Notes: generated from the letters alone by a model not told the origin. A DNA stretch of 51,337 nucleotides from Bacteroidales bacterium (GCA_016926405.1 JAFGOQ010000062.1:1-51337), one strand, 5' to 3'. Counted from the first letter of the stretch, positions 1-8,540 are shown. Translations and numbers: made by a program.

Positions 1-38
1 AGATAAATATTAAAGTCAAATTAAAAAAAGTTTGAGAT

Positions 39-719
39 ATGGAAAAAAAATATCATGGGAAGAAGTCAAAAAAACTATTGAAGGATAATAGATATCAAAC
101 TGATGATTATATAACATTAATTAATAATGAGTTTAATCTAGGTTACAAGCAAGTTTATGAAGATGCGAACTGTATAATCATCCATTTGTATAACGATTCT
201 AACAAAAAAGCGGATATATCTGATATAAAAGATGAGGGTTGTCTTATAAATGCTATAGATTTTGAAAATGATTGGGAAATTGAAAAGGTCTTAATACCGA
301 CGCTAAGTAATCTAATGGAAAAAGGGTATGGAGATAAAACTGCAGCGGCTATTAGTATTTTACGTACAAAAATCAAACTGTCGAAAGGTAATTTTTTTAC
401 AGTTTATCTAACAAGTACAAGTTTGAACAGACATGCTACTGAAACAAAGAAAGACAAACTTGGACAAATTCATGCAGAATACATAACCACTGCTCAGATA
501 GCTGATAACTTAAGCATAATATCAGATTTTGTAAAAAAACTTAAAGGAACTGATTTTGAAACTAAAATGACAATTTATTGTGTAAAGCAAAATACAAAAA
601 GTAAAACATCAAAGATTCAAAGTTTTGGACCTTGTGATTCATGCTTGAAAACGGTGCCGGAAATTATTGAATTTATTAAAACAAAAACTCAATTAACCGA
701 TCTTAAGTGGATTAAATAA
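39..719 (+). CDS. hypothetical protein with a nucleotide/nucleic-acid deaminase-like zinc motif (HAE ... PCxxC)
   Basis: 226-aa ATG ORF. His145-Ala-Glu147 (nt 471-479, cat gca gaa) and Pro198-Cys-Asp-Ser-Cys202 (nt 630-644) give the H[AC]E...PCxxC signature of the cytidine-deaminase fold. A hydrophobic strand, MTIYCV, sits before the PCxxC. No signal peptide. A hairpin follows downstream. Confidence 0.5.
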   Translation: MEKKYHGKKSKKLLKDNRYQTDDYITLINNEFNLGYKQVYEDANCIIIHLYNDSNKKADISDIKDEGCLINAIDFENDWEIEKVLIPTLSNLMEKGYGDKTAAAISILRTKIKLSKGNFFTVYLTSTSLNRHATETKKDKLGQIHAEYITTAQIADNLSIISDFVKKLKGTDFETKMTIYCVKQNTKSKTSKIQSFGPCDSCLKTVPEIIEFIKTKTQLTDLKWIK

Positions 720-769
720 CACAATTGAGGTTTTTAATGTAATGAGCCTATGATAAAAAACAAACATTA

Positions 770-798
770 AATGGCACGGACTTATAGTCCGTGCCATT
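770..798. terminator. stem-loop after the deaminase-like ORF (12-13 bp perfect stem, 3-nt loop)
   Basis: ATGGCACGGACT (771-782), TAT loop, AGTCCGTGCCAT (786-797). There is no clean T-run on the + side; an A-rich tract upstream would give a T-run on the - strand. Confidence 0.45.
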
Positions 799-900
799 AA
801 TCAAAACATTAGAGTTAATAACGTGTTACACAATTTATAACATCTCTTCTTTTTACTATCCGTAATGCTTCATCTACGTTAATTCCAGTATAAAACACAG

Positions 901-1419
901 ATGCTAATCAAAAATAAAGTATCCATAATTCCCTTAGATACAACTCATGTTGATTCAATACATAAGCATTTGAATAACGAGAAACTTGTAGAAACTTATC
1001 CTGTTACTCTTCCTTATTCAAAAGAAGATGCTTATATGTACATAGAGAATGAAATAATAAAACGAAAAACAGGTATTCGTTATGCTTTTGCAATACAATT
1101 TAACAATCAATTTGCAGGAGTTTGTGCACTATATAATGTTGATAAAAACAAACAGGAAGCCGGTTTATATTATTGGGTTGTAGTTGATTTCTGGAATAAA
1201 GGTGTTGCAAGCATGGCCGTAAATAAAATTATTAATTACGCCCATAGTACACTTCAGTTAAAAAAAATAATAACAGGAGTGTTAAAAAGAAATTTTGCTT
1301 CAATAAGGGTTTTACAAAAGAATGGTTTTATAACAATAGGTATAGCTTATAATCCATCTTCGTATCATTATAAATTTGCAAAAGAGGAAGTGTTAGAGAT
1401 GGTTTTGGAGCCGTTGTAA
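901..1419 (+). CDS. GNAT family N-acetyltransferase (RimJ/RimL-like)
   Basis: 172 aa. The core ...FAGVCALYNVDKNKQEAGLYYWVVVDFWNKGVASMAVNKIINYAH...VLKRNFASIRVLQKNGF matches the typical GNAT motif A/B layout. Confidence 0.8.
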   Translation: MLIKNKVSIIPLDTTHVDSIHKHLNNEKLVETYPVTLPYSKEDAYMYIENEIIKRKTGIRYAFAIQFNNQFAGVCALYNVDKNKQEAGLYYWVVVDFWNKGVASMAVNKIINYAHSTLQLKKIITGVLKRNFASIRVLQKNGFITIGIAYNPSSYHYKFAKEEVLEMVLEPL

Positions 1420-1581
1420 ATATTAAGGCTTAGTTCAATATTATATCTAATTCAAATCAGTATGTATTTCAATTATAGAAATTTATAATAAAAGATGAAT
1501 CTAGCATTACTTTTTTCTCACATAGTGAGATGATTATAATTGTGAGTTATTCATAGTAAACAAAACACAGATTACTATCAA

Positions 1582-3792
1582 ATGAAACTAAAGACAAATA
1601 AGATAAGTGGTAAATCTCTATTAAAAATAAGTATACTATTTGGGTTTATTCTGTTGATATTTTTAAGTGCGGCATTTTTTAGAAATCAGATGGCACAAAA
1701 AGATTTGATGGTTTATTCTGATAGTTTTGCCGATTTTGTTGTTAAAGAGTTAGAGAAGGAATTTCTGTGTGTACAATCAAATATTGATTCACTGGCTCAG
1801 ATAATTATAGAAAATGTAGAGGAAGAAAATATTGACGAAATATTAAAAGAGCAAGAGAATGCTCTAAAGAGATGCATTCATTTAGATGGTTTGGCAATAG
1901 CTTTTAAAAAAAATTACTTAATAAAATACCCAGGTTTATATTCACCCTATTTACGTAGGGAAGAAGGTAAGTATGTTATGTTGCAAATTTCTGATATTTA
2001 CGATTATACCTCTGATAAAGCAGGCGTAGACTGGTATCAGCGCCCAGTGAAACAAAGAAAATCTGAGTGGCTTGGACCTATTTATGGTAAAGCTGGTGGT
2101 AGAAAATTATTTATGTATAGTGTTCCTTTGCAGATTAATGGGGAAATAATTGGAGTTATTGCTGCTTGCTATAACCTAATGGAAATTTATGATATACTTC
2201 AAAACACAGGTGCTGGTCGTATAGGCTTCCCTTATATAGTAAATAAAGAGGGAGAGTTTATTGCACATCCGTATAATCAAAATTTGAACTTAAAAGAGGT
2301 AGCAATTGAATCGAATGACAATGTTTTAATAGAATTATCAAATGATATTTATAGTAATACTTTTAATGACGATAGATATTATCATCAAAATACTGTAACT
2401 AAACAATATTGTTGGGAGTTAATTAAGAACATTGATACTTCATCACTTTATATGGGTATTTCTGTTAACGATAACCAGATTTACGGAAATCCAATTTATA
2501 GAAATCAGAAGCGTAAAGACATCTTTGTTTATTCTCTAGTTATTTATGTATTATTATTATGTCTACTCTATTTAATAATTTTTCAAGCAGAACTTTTTAG
2601 AAACAAACTGTCGGTTTTTGTCTCATTTTTCTCACTTATTTCTATTTTGGAAATTATGGTAATCACTACTTTTAGTGTTTACTATCCTGTAATAAATATC
2701 AGTGATGAAGAAACACAAAATATTGAATTCAAGAAGATAAAGATTATTGATAAATACAAAGAGCAATCAAAAGATAGTATCTCGTCTATTGTAAATCGCT
2801 GGAATTTCTCAATGATACTTGATAAGCATGGTCTTGTTGACTACTTAACAAGTTATAAAGAAGATATTACAGGTAAGACAAAAGAAATAGTTAAAGAAGT
2901 GCCAACTGGTGTATACCTTCAAACAATAAAGTTCAAAGATTCGCATAGCACTGATATAACAGGTTATGTTTGGCAAAATTATCCTTTGGATTGGACAGAT
3001 GGCAGAGGTATTATTTTTCCTGATGCAGAGAAAAGCATCATTGTATTGGATGATTCCACAACAATCTTTAATGAAAATGGAGATGTTGTTAATCTGTTTC
3101 GTTGGCGTTTTGAGGTGAGCATTCGCGAACCATTTAATTACATCCATTATCCATTAGATAGGAATGATTTGTGGCTTAGATTATGGCATAAGAACTTTGA
3201 CAAGGATATAATACTTGTGCCAGATTTTTCTTCTTATAGCTTAATTAATCCTGCTTTTACACCAGGGCTCGATGCTGAGATTGATTTACCAGGTTGGATT
3301 ATTGAAGGAAGCTTCTTTTCTTTTAAAGAGAAAGAATATAATTCAAGTTTTGGGAAAGAAATTTACGATATCAAGCATTTTTTTCCCGAACTACATTTCA
3401 ATATTATGCTTCATCGAGATTTTAGAGATCCCTTGATTTGTAAGGTGATTCCATTATTGGTGCTGCTATTTATGTTATATTCAATTCTTTTTATTGGGGG
3501 ACACACTGATGGATTAAATGTAGTTATTGGTTGTTCAGGTCTATTCTTTGTTGCTATTTTTGAGCATATACACCTTCGTCAGAGTTTAAATGCTTCAGGA
3601 ATTATCTTTTTGGAATATTTATATTTTATTACTTATCTCTTATTGCTTTTGGTTACTTACTGTGCTATGCGTAATGACATAATTATTAAAGTAGGTTCCA
3701 GGGATGTAAGCATAATTAATATTGCAAAATTATGTTTTTGGCCACTATTCTTTTTTCTCATCCTAATTGTATCTTGTTATACATTCTATTAG
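1582..3792 (+). CDS. Cache-domain sensor fused to a prokaryotic pentameric ligand-gated ion channel (pLGIC / Cys-loop family) module
   Basis: 736 aa. Layout: N-terminal TM (aa 14-33); Cache-like block (aa ~100-300, e.g. DWYQRP...LFMYSVPLQINGEIIGVIAACYNL...GFPYIVNKEGEFIAHPY); two TM helices (aa ~314-334 and 343-367). Then a pLGIC-like extracellular domain: VYLQTIKFKDSHSTDITGYVWQNYPLDW, IIFPDAE, and YPLDRNDLWLRLW at the position of the FPFDxQ Cys-loop motif. Then pre-M1 HRDFRDP and four C-terminal helices (M1 aa ~617-639, M2 ~644-664, M3 ~673-695, M4 ~713-735) with a very short M3-M4 loop. Confidence 0.6.
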   Translation: MKLKTNKISGKSLLKISILFGFILLIFLSAAFFRNQMAQKDLMVYSDSFADFVVKELEKEFLCVQSNIDSLAQIIIENVEEENIDEILKEQENALKRCIHLDGLAIAFKKNYLIKYPGLYSPYLRREEGKYVMLQISDIYDYTSDKAGVDWYQRPVKQRKSEWLGPIYGKAGGRKLFMYSVPLQINGEIIGVIAACYNLMEIYDILQNTGAGRIGFPYIVNKEGEFIAHPYNQNLNLKEVAIESNDNVLIELSNDIYSNTFNDDRYYHQNTVTKQYCWELIKNIDTSSLYMGISVNDNQIYGNPIYRNQKRKDIFVYSLVIYVLLLCLLYLIIFQAELFRNKLSVFVSFFSLISILEIMVITTFSVYYPVINISDEETQNIEFKKIKIIDKYKEQSKDSISSIVNRWNFSMILDKHGLVDYLTSYKEDITGKTKEIVKEVPTGVYLQTIKFKDSHSTDITGYVWQNYPLDWTDGRGIIFPDAEKSIIVLDDSTTIFNENGDVVNLFRWRFEVSIREPFNYIHYPLDRNDLWLRLWHKNFDKDIILVPDFSSYSLINPAFTPGLDAEIDLPGWIIEGSFFSFKEKEYNSSFGKEIYDIKHFFPELHFNIMLHRDFRDPLICKVIPLLVLLFMLYSILFIGGHTDGLNVVIGCSGLFFVAIFEHIHLRQSLNASGIIFLEYLYFITYLLLLLVTYCAMRNDIIIKVGSRDVSIINIAKLCFWPLFFFLILIVSCYTFY

Positions 3793-4035
3793 AATTCGGT
3801 TAAAAAGAGTTGGTGTAGTTATAGTATCAAGTAAAAGGCTTGAGAATTTTTTATAAGTGGTTTATTGATCATATTTAACTAATTGTATTACTAATAACAG
3901 TTAATAACTGTCTGAAATTTACTATAACAAGGGGTGATGAATATCTATTTTAGTTATGAAAATACGACTAAAAATCTGCTATTGTGATTAAAGTATAGGC
4001 GTAATTTTTATATAAACATTGACAGACCAATAGAT

Positions 4036-4671
4036 ATGCTTCGTGAAATTTTTAATGTGAAAAAAATTAAACATTGTTTTAATAAGGTGGTTAAACACTC
4101 TACTAATAACCAACTGTGTTATCTGAAAGAATTATTTGCTTATGCCCAAAATGCTGATCGTATTAGTTTTAATTTATTTGCAGCTTCTAGAGGGAACATC
4201 CCTGTTGGGGCGGTTGAGACAGGATACGAGGTTGATGGTACTGTTTTATACGCTGCAATAGCTAATTATAAAGATGAAATTTATCTTGGTAAAGTGAGTG
4301 CTGCAACTAAAGGCTTAAGTATTGGTTGGGGTGGGAAAGAATTGATTATTAGAGATTATTTTGTTTTAGCAGCTAAAGGAGAATGGGAAGAAGCTTATGG
4401 TGGTAATGTGCCTGTTGGAGCATTAAAAGTAACGGAACAATCTAATGGTTCGATTATTTATTTGGCTCGTGCCCATTATAAAGGCGGGTTATATCCCGCA
4501 AATATAATACGTGGTTCTTCTGGTGCTACTATTTCGTATTTAGGAAAAGAGGTTTGTTTATATGCTTATGAAGTATTTATAAATACAGACTCGTTTCTGA
4601 TAAAAAGACGCTCTAATAAATCTATTAAGAATGAAATATATGGAGTTGTTTCACCAACAATGCAACTCTAA
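4036..4671 (+). CDS. DM9 (DUF3421) repeat protein, two tandem DM9 repeats
   Basis: 211 aa. Repeat 1: GNIPVGAVETGYEVDGTVLYAAIANYKDEIYLGKVSAATKGLSIGWGGKELIIRDYFVL. Repeat 2: GNVPVGALKVTEQSNGSIIYLARAHYKGGLYPANIIRGSSGATISYLGKEVCLYAYEVF. Both fit the DM9 pattern (P.gAv.....g..lY.aRa.....pgk.......i...GkE.....yeVl). No signal peptide. The N-terminal ~50 aa are unassigned. Confidence 0.6.
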   Translation: MLREIFNVKKIKHCFNKVVKHSTNNQLCYLKELFAYAQNADRISFNLFAASRGNIPVGAVETGYEVDGTVLYAAIANYKDEIYLGKVSAATKGLSIGWGGKELIIRDYFVLAAKGEWEEAYGGNVPVGALKVTEQSNGSIIYLARAHYKGGLYPANIIRGSSGATISYLGKEVCLYAYEVFINTDSFLIKRRSNKSIKNEIYGVVSPTMQL

Positions 4672-4769
4672 TTAAATTGTTTTCCACGATGTCATAGTTG
4701 TATTGGATTTGTATATAATTTGCCAATACAATATCCTGTTATTTCCAGTTTAAATAAATTATATATTAC

Positions 4770-4804
4770 GGTCATAATACACTTTTGTATTGTGGCCTTT
4801 TTTT
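4770..4804 (+). terminator. rho-independent terminator of the DM9 gene
   Basis: GGTCATAATAC (4770-4780) pairs with GTATTGTGGCC (4787-4797), with two G-U wobbles in RNA. A T7 run follows (4798-4804). Confidence 0.6.
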
Positions 4805-5792
4805 GGTCTAAGATTACCAATCGTAATTGAAAATTTAAGTTCTTTTAAACATTATTTCGTTAGTGTCCGAAATTTACTATCAAAGGGCATTAATACCCAC
4901 TAATTTGGTTAATAAGTTAATACAGTTAGTATAAAATATCGATAATTATGATTAGAGCAGGTCCAAATGGTAAAAGTAAATGGTGATTGATCAATACCCC
5001 TCTTAGGTTTTAAAAGGTGCTTATTAATAACTAAATATAGAAAGTATCGACTGCGTGAACTAGTTGGTATGTTTTGAAAATTCAAGTAGCCCGTAGTAAT
5101 TAATAAAAGAATATAATAGGAATGAAAAATATACTAAGTATGCATTGTAATATGATAACTATTGACTCTTGTAATTAAATAATATGTATTTGATTTGGCA
5201 AGTTAGCATTATTTGTAAATACTGTATTTGTAACAGGTAATAACTGTTTTTTACATATATAGGTTAACTTTTATTAATAATATATTGCTTAAAAAAAGCT
5301 TTATGTTACTGCTGAGTTAAAGAGTGAAAAATATTGCAAATTGTTTGTGCTGTAATCTATTATGAGCCTTTTAGTTGGTGCAAATGCATTTTTTTTAGCG
5401 ATAGTACAATCAAGATTTTTACGATTTCTTATGTAAGTATATATTTCTTCCTATTTTTCTTTTAACTTCTCATGACGTTTTACTAGGATATTATTATCTC
5501 TGTCTCTCACCTTGTTTGCCTTATATACTCACATTATTGGTATGTTGCTTTGTTTTTTAGCATTATTTACGATGTTTAAAGCTTGATAACCATAGTAGTA
5601 TTTGAATAGTGTTTTATCTATAAATCATTTTTATGTAGTGTAAATAATAGCAGTGAGGCTAGGTCTTTATTTGTCTTCTCTTGTCTTCAATTAGTCCGAG
5701 TAATTGTGATAGTACTAGCAGTATGTTACAATTTTCTTATAGGCTTTTTTATGTGCCTTTCCCTCTATATGTCACCCGAATCTATTAATCCA

Positions 5793-6691
5793 ATGAAAAA
5801 ACTAAACATGCCAAATTTATATAGCGATTATATTGGGGCTATAGTATCTGAATCAATACAGCCCAAAAAAGACTTAGTTCCATTTATTAAAAAGTATCTT
5901 TTTTTTCAAAATAATAATGTTACAAACAAAGTGCAGTTAAAGCTGATTTCTAATGCGCAGTTAGAGATGCATATATGTTACGATACAAGTTGTTTTGTAA
6001 TTAATGAAGGCAAAAAAGAGTTTAAATATGATGCTTTTATCTCTGGAATCTTCGATTTACAGAAACCATTATATTATAAACCAATGGCTAATAGTGGCTC
6101 TTTTAAATGTGTTACAATAGCTTTTACGTTTAGTGGTGTTTATCAACTTCTTGGTTTAGATTTAAACTCATTAACTAACACCATGGTTGATGTTCAAACA
6201 ATTTTTGGTAGACATGCAACTGAATTGCTAAATAAAATGGAAGAAACCTCTTCTATAGACCAAAAAGTTGAATTGTTAAATGGGTTTTTTATGGACAGAT
6301 TGATTGAACAAAAAAAAAAGCTCCTCCTAAATATTTATTGCAGCTATATGATTCAATTATTAGAGATAAAGGATGTTGCTCGATTAATGGCTTAGCTTCA
6401 CAATTTAAAATTAATCCAAGAACTATTCATAGAATTTTTATAAACCATATTGGGATCTCTCCAAAAGCGTATTTAAAAATTATCAGATTTAATAATGCTT
6501 GTAAACTTATGGGTGATTATCCCGATATTGATTGGTTTGATATTATTGGTGATTGTGGATATTACGATCAGATGCACTTTATCCACGAGTTTAAGAAAAT
6601 AATTAATTATAATCCTCTACAACTTTTAAAAAAGAGTGAAGGTAATTTTTATTTCGAAAGACCTTTATTAATAATGAATTTCGAGGAGTAG
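5793..6691 (+). pseudogene. AraC/XylS-family transcriptional regulator interrupted by a frameshift in an A9 homopolymer
   Basis: ORF 5706..6395 carries the N-terminal sensor-like domain; the likely true start is ATG 5793 (MKKLNMPNLY). ORF 6338..6691, in another frame, carries the HTH_AraC part (INGLASQFKINPRTIHRIFINHIGISPKAYLKIIRFNNA...YYDQMHFIHEFKK). The second frame is open back to a TGA at 6302-6304. A 1-nt length change in the A-run 6311-6319 therefore joins ...DRLIEQKKK to APPKYLLQLYDSIIRDKG... Confidence 0.7.
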
Positions 6692-6869
6692 AATAAAATT
6701 ATTTGTGGATAACAAAGGATTAAATTTTTAATACATCAATAACATATAATAATTAGTAATATATAATCGAAACCAATGCTATTACTACTACTAATTATAG
6801 CTCTGCCTACATATAATACACATTAATCAATATTATCTATAGTGATCTAATCTTTTATTTTTAAAGACA

Positions 6870-6877
6870 TAAATTTG
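6870..6877 (+). promoter_or_regulatory. candidate Bacteroidota -7 promoter box (TAnnTTTG) for lrgAB
   Basis: TAAATTTG lies 24 nt upstream of the ATG at 6902. This is a motif match only. Confidence 0.35.
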
Positions 6878-6901
6878 CGTCATTCTTAAATTAGTATCTG
6901 A

Positions 6902-7288
6902 ATGAATAAAGCAAAAGAGATTACTCTACAGCTATCAAAAATTATTGTCGAAATAGCAATAATAATGATTGTTTGGGAAGTGGGTATGCTAATATCTAAA
7001 TACACACATTTGCCAATTCCTGGCAGTGTTGTAGGTATGGTTTTAATGTTTGCACTTCTTTATTTTAAGATAATAAAGCTGAGCCATATTACAGGGGTGT
7101 CTAATTTTGTGTTAAAGCACCTTGCTTTTTTCTTTATCCCTGCATCTGTTGGAATAATGGCATCGTTACATTATTTAGAGGGTTCTTATTTGAAAATTTT
7201 TTCCTTAATCTTTATCTCCAGTTTTATGGTTACTGCCATTACGGGGTATACAGTTCAGAAATATGTAAACAAAAAAGATAAGGAATGA
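6902..7288 (+). CDS. lrgA: CidA/LrgA family holin-like membrane protein
   Basis: 128 aa with four hydrophobic helices and the LPIPGSVVGMVLMFALL motif. Its stop overlaps the start of the LrgB-like gene (ATGA at 7285-7288). Confidence 0.8.
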   Translation: MNKAKEITLQLSKIIVEIAIIMIVWEVGMLISKYTHLPIPGSVVGMVLMFALLYFKIIKLSHITGVSNFVLKHLAFFFIPASVGIMASLHYLEGSYLKIFSLIFISSFMVTAITGYTVQKYVNKKDKE

Positions 7289-7965
7289 TAGGATATGTTT
7301 TTTTCTCTATTGCGCTATCTATTTGTGCGTGGATACTTGCATTATGGTTAAACAGAAAGTTTAAACACGAGGTTTTTAACCCTCTTGTTATTGCTACAAT
7401 TGTTATTATAGCAGTAATATATTCTCTTAAAATTGATTATAAAGATTATAAAGTGGGAGGCGATTTTATAGCTTTCTTCTTAGGACCATCAACAGTTGTG
7501 CTTGCTGTGCCTCTTTATAAGCAAGTAGGGTTAGTAAAGAAGTATTTTAAAGCTATAATAATAGGAATAGTTGCGGGTTCGTTAACAGCTATTTTAACAG
7601 TTATTGCTCTTTCAAAAATTATGTTTCTAAGCGAAACTCTTGAGATGTCAATAATTCCACGTTCTATAACCACACCTATAGGCATCGAGCTGTCAAAAAG
7701 TTTAAATGGTATACCATCAATAACAGTTGTGGCAATTATACTTTCTGGAATTATTGGAATGCTCTGTTGCGACGTTATTTTTAAATTGTTTGGGATTAAT
7801 AATCCAGTTGCTAAAGGTGTAGCAATAGGTACATCATCGCATGCTTTAGGCACTACAAAGGCATTAAAAAAAGGCGAGATTGAAGGGTCTATGAGTGGTC
7901 TCTCTATTGCCATTGCTGGTATTGTTACTTCAATTATTGTTGCTGTGGCTAGTTTTTTTATTTAA
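7285..7965 (+). CDS. lrgB: LrgB/CidB family membrane protein
   Basis: 226 aa, polytopic. Contains PRSITTPIGIELSKSLNGIPSITVVAIILSGIIG...VAKGVAIGTSSHALGTTKA, typical of LrgB. Translationally coupled to the LrgA-like gene. Confidence 0.85.
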   Translation: MIGYVFFSIALSICAWILALWLNRKFKHEVFNPLVIATIVIIAVIYSLKIDYKDYKVGGDFIAFFLGPSTVVLAVPLYKQVGLVKKYFKAIIIGIVAGSLTAILTVIALSKIMFLSETLEMSIIPRSITTPIGIELSKSLNGIPSITVVAIILSGIIGMLCCDVIFKLFGINNPVAKGVAIGTSSHALGTTKALKKGEIEGSMSGLSIAIAGIVTSIIVAVASFFI

Positions 7966-8007
7966 TGCATTTAGTATTATTAAAATAAAAATAAAGTTTC
8001 TGAAAAA

Positions 8008-8039
8008 TTTTTTAGTTCTGTATTTGCAGAACTAAAAAA
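8008..8039. promoter_or_regulatory. 13-bp perfect inverted repeat between lrgB and the GbsR/MarR regulator gene (terminator and/or operator)
   Basis: TTTTTTAGTTCTG (8008-8020), loop TATTTG, CAGAACTAAAAAA (8027-8039). It lies 43 nt after the lrgB stop and 40 nt before the regulator ATG, immediately upstream of a TAnnTTTG box. Confidence 0.35.
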
Positions 8040-8045
8040 CATTTG

Positions 8046-8053
8046 TACATTTG
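8046..8053 (+). promoter_or_regulatory. candidate -7 promoter box (TAnnTTTG) for the efflux regulator/operon
   Basis: TACATTTG lies 25 nt upstream of the ATG at 8079. Motif match only. Confidence 0.35.
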
Positions 8054-8078
8054 CCATCACAATATTAAATAATACGCA

Positions 8079-8540
8079 ATGCTTAGTAACGAACAATTAC
8101 ATTTAATAGAGGAGATGGGTGTTTATCACGAACGTAGAGGTATGTCACCTATTCCAGGACGTATATTGGGACTATTTGTAGTCTCTGATAAAGATGCATA
8201 TACTTTCGATGAGATTAAGGAAATTCTTAAGATCAGCAAAAGTGCAACTAGTTCGGCATTAAATTTTTTGGTTAGTACCGATCGTATTGAGTATACTACT
8301 TTGCCTGGCGATAGAAAACGTTATTTTAAATGGTCGCCATTTAAGGCTTTAGAAAACATAGAGCGTGAGACAAACAATATGTTTTCAATAGCTGAAATGT
8401 TTAGAAGAGCATACGAGTTAAAGAATAATAAGCAGAGCGAATCTGCCAATAATTTACTTATGGTAATGGACTTTTTCAATTATATGATTATGGAGCTTCC
8501 TAATTTGTATAATAAGTGGAAGAGAAGCTACTATAAATAG
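8079..8540 (+). CDS. GbsR/MarR-family winged-helix transcriptional regulator
   Basis: 153 aa. HLIEEMGVYHERRGMSPIPGRILGLFVVSDKDAYTFDEIKEILKISKSATSSALNFLVSTDRIEYTTLPGDRKRYFKW is the pattern usually found upstream of Bacteroidota TolC-MFP-RND operons. Confidence 0.75.
   Translation: MLSNEQLHLIEEMGVYHERRGMSPIPGRILGLFVVSDKDAYTFDEIKEILKISKSATSSALNFLVSTDRIEYTTLPGDRKRYFKWSPFKALENIERETNNMFSIAEMFRRAYELKNNKQSESANNLLMVMDFFNYMIMELPNLYNKWKRSYYK

Noticed and set aside
5281-5620. A minus-strand frame reading KTLFKYYYGYQALNIVNNAKKQSNIPIM*VYKANKVRDRDNNILVKRHEKLKEK*EEIYTYIRNRKNLDCTIAKKNAFAPTKRLIIDYSTNNLQYF..., considered as a possible decayed gene.
   Set aside because: I recognise no family. About 105 codons with two in-frame stops is not clearly beyond chance in 1 kb over six frames. 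A homology search would be needed.
5706-5792. Extended alternative starts in the ORF track: GTG 5706 (AraC), TTG 10183 (MFP), GTG 25824 (TPR) and TTG 30008 (DUF3108).
   Set aside because: In each case an internal ATG (5793, 10228, 25878, 30035) gives a normal N-terminus or signal peptide. The extension overlaps a promoter box or the upstream terminator.
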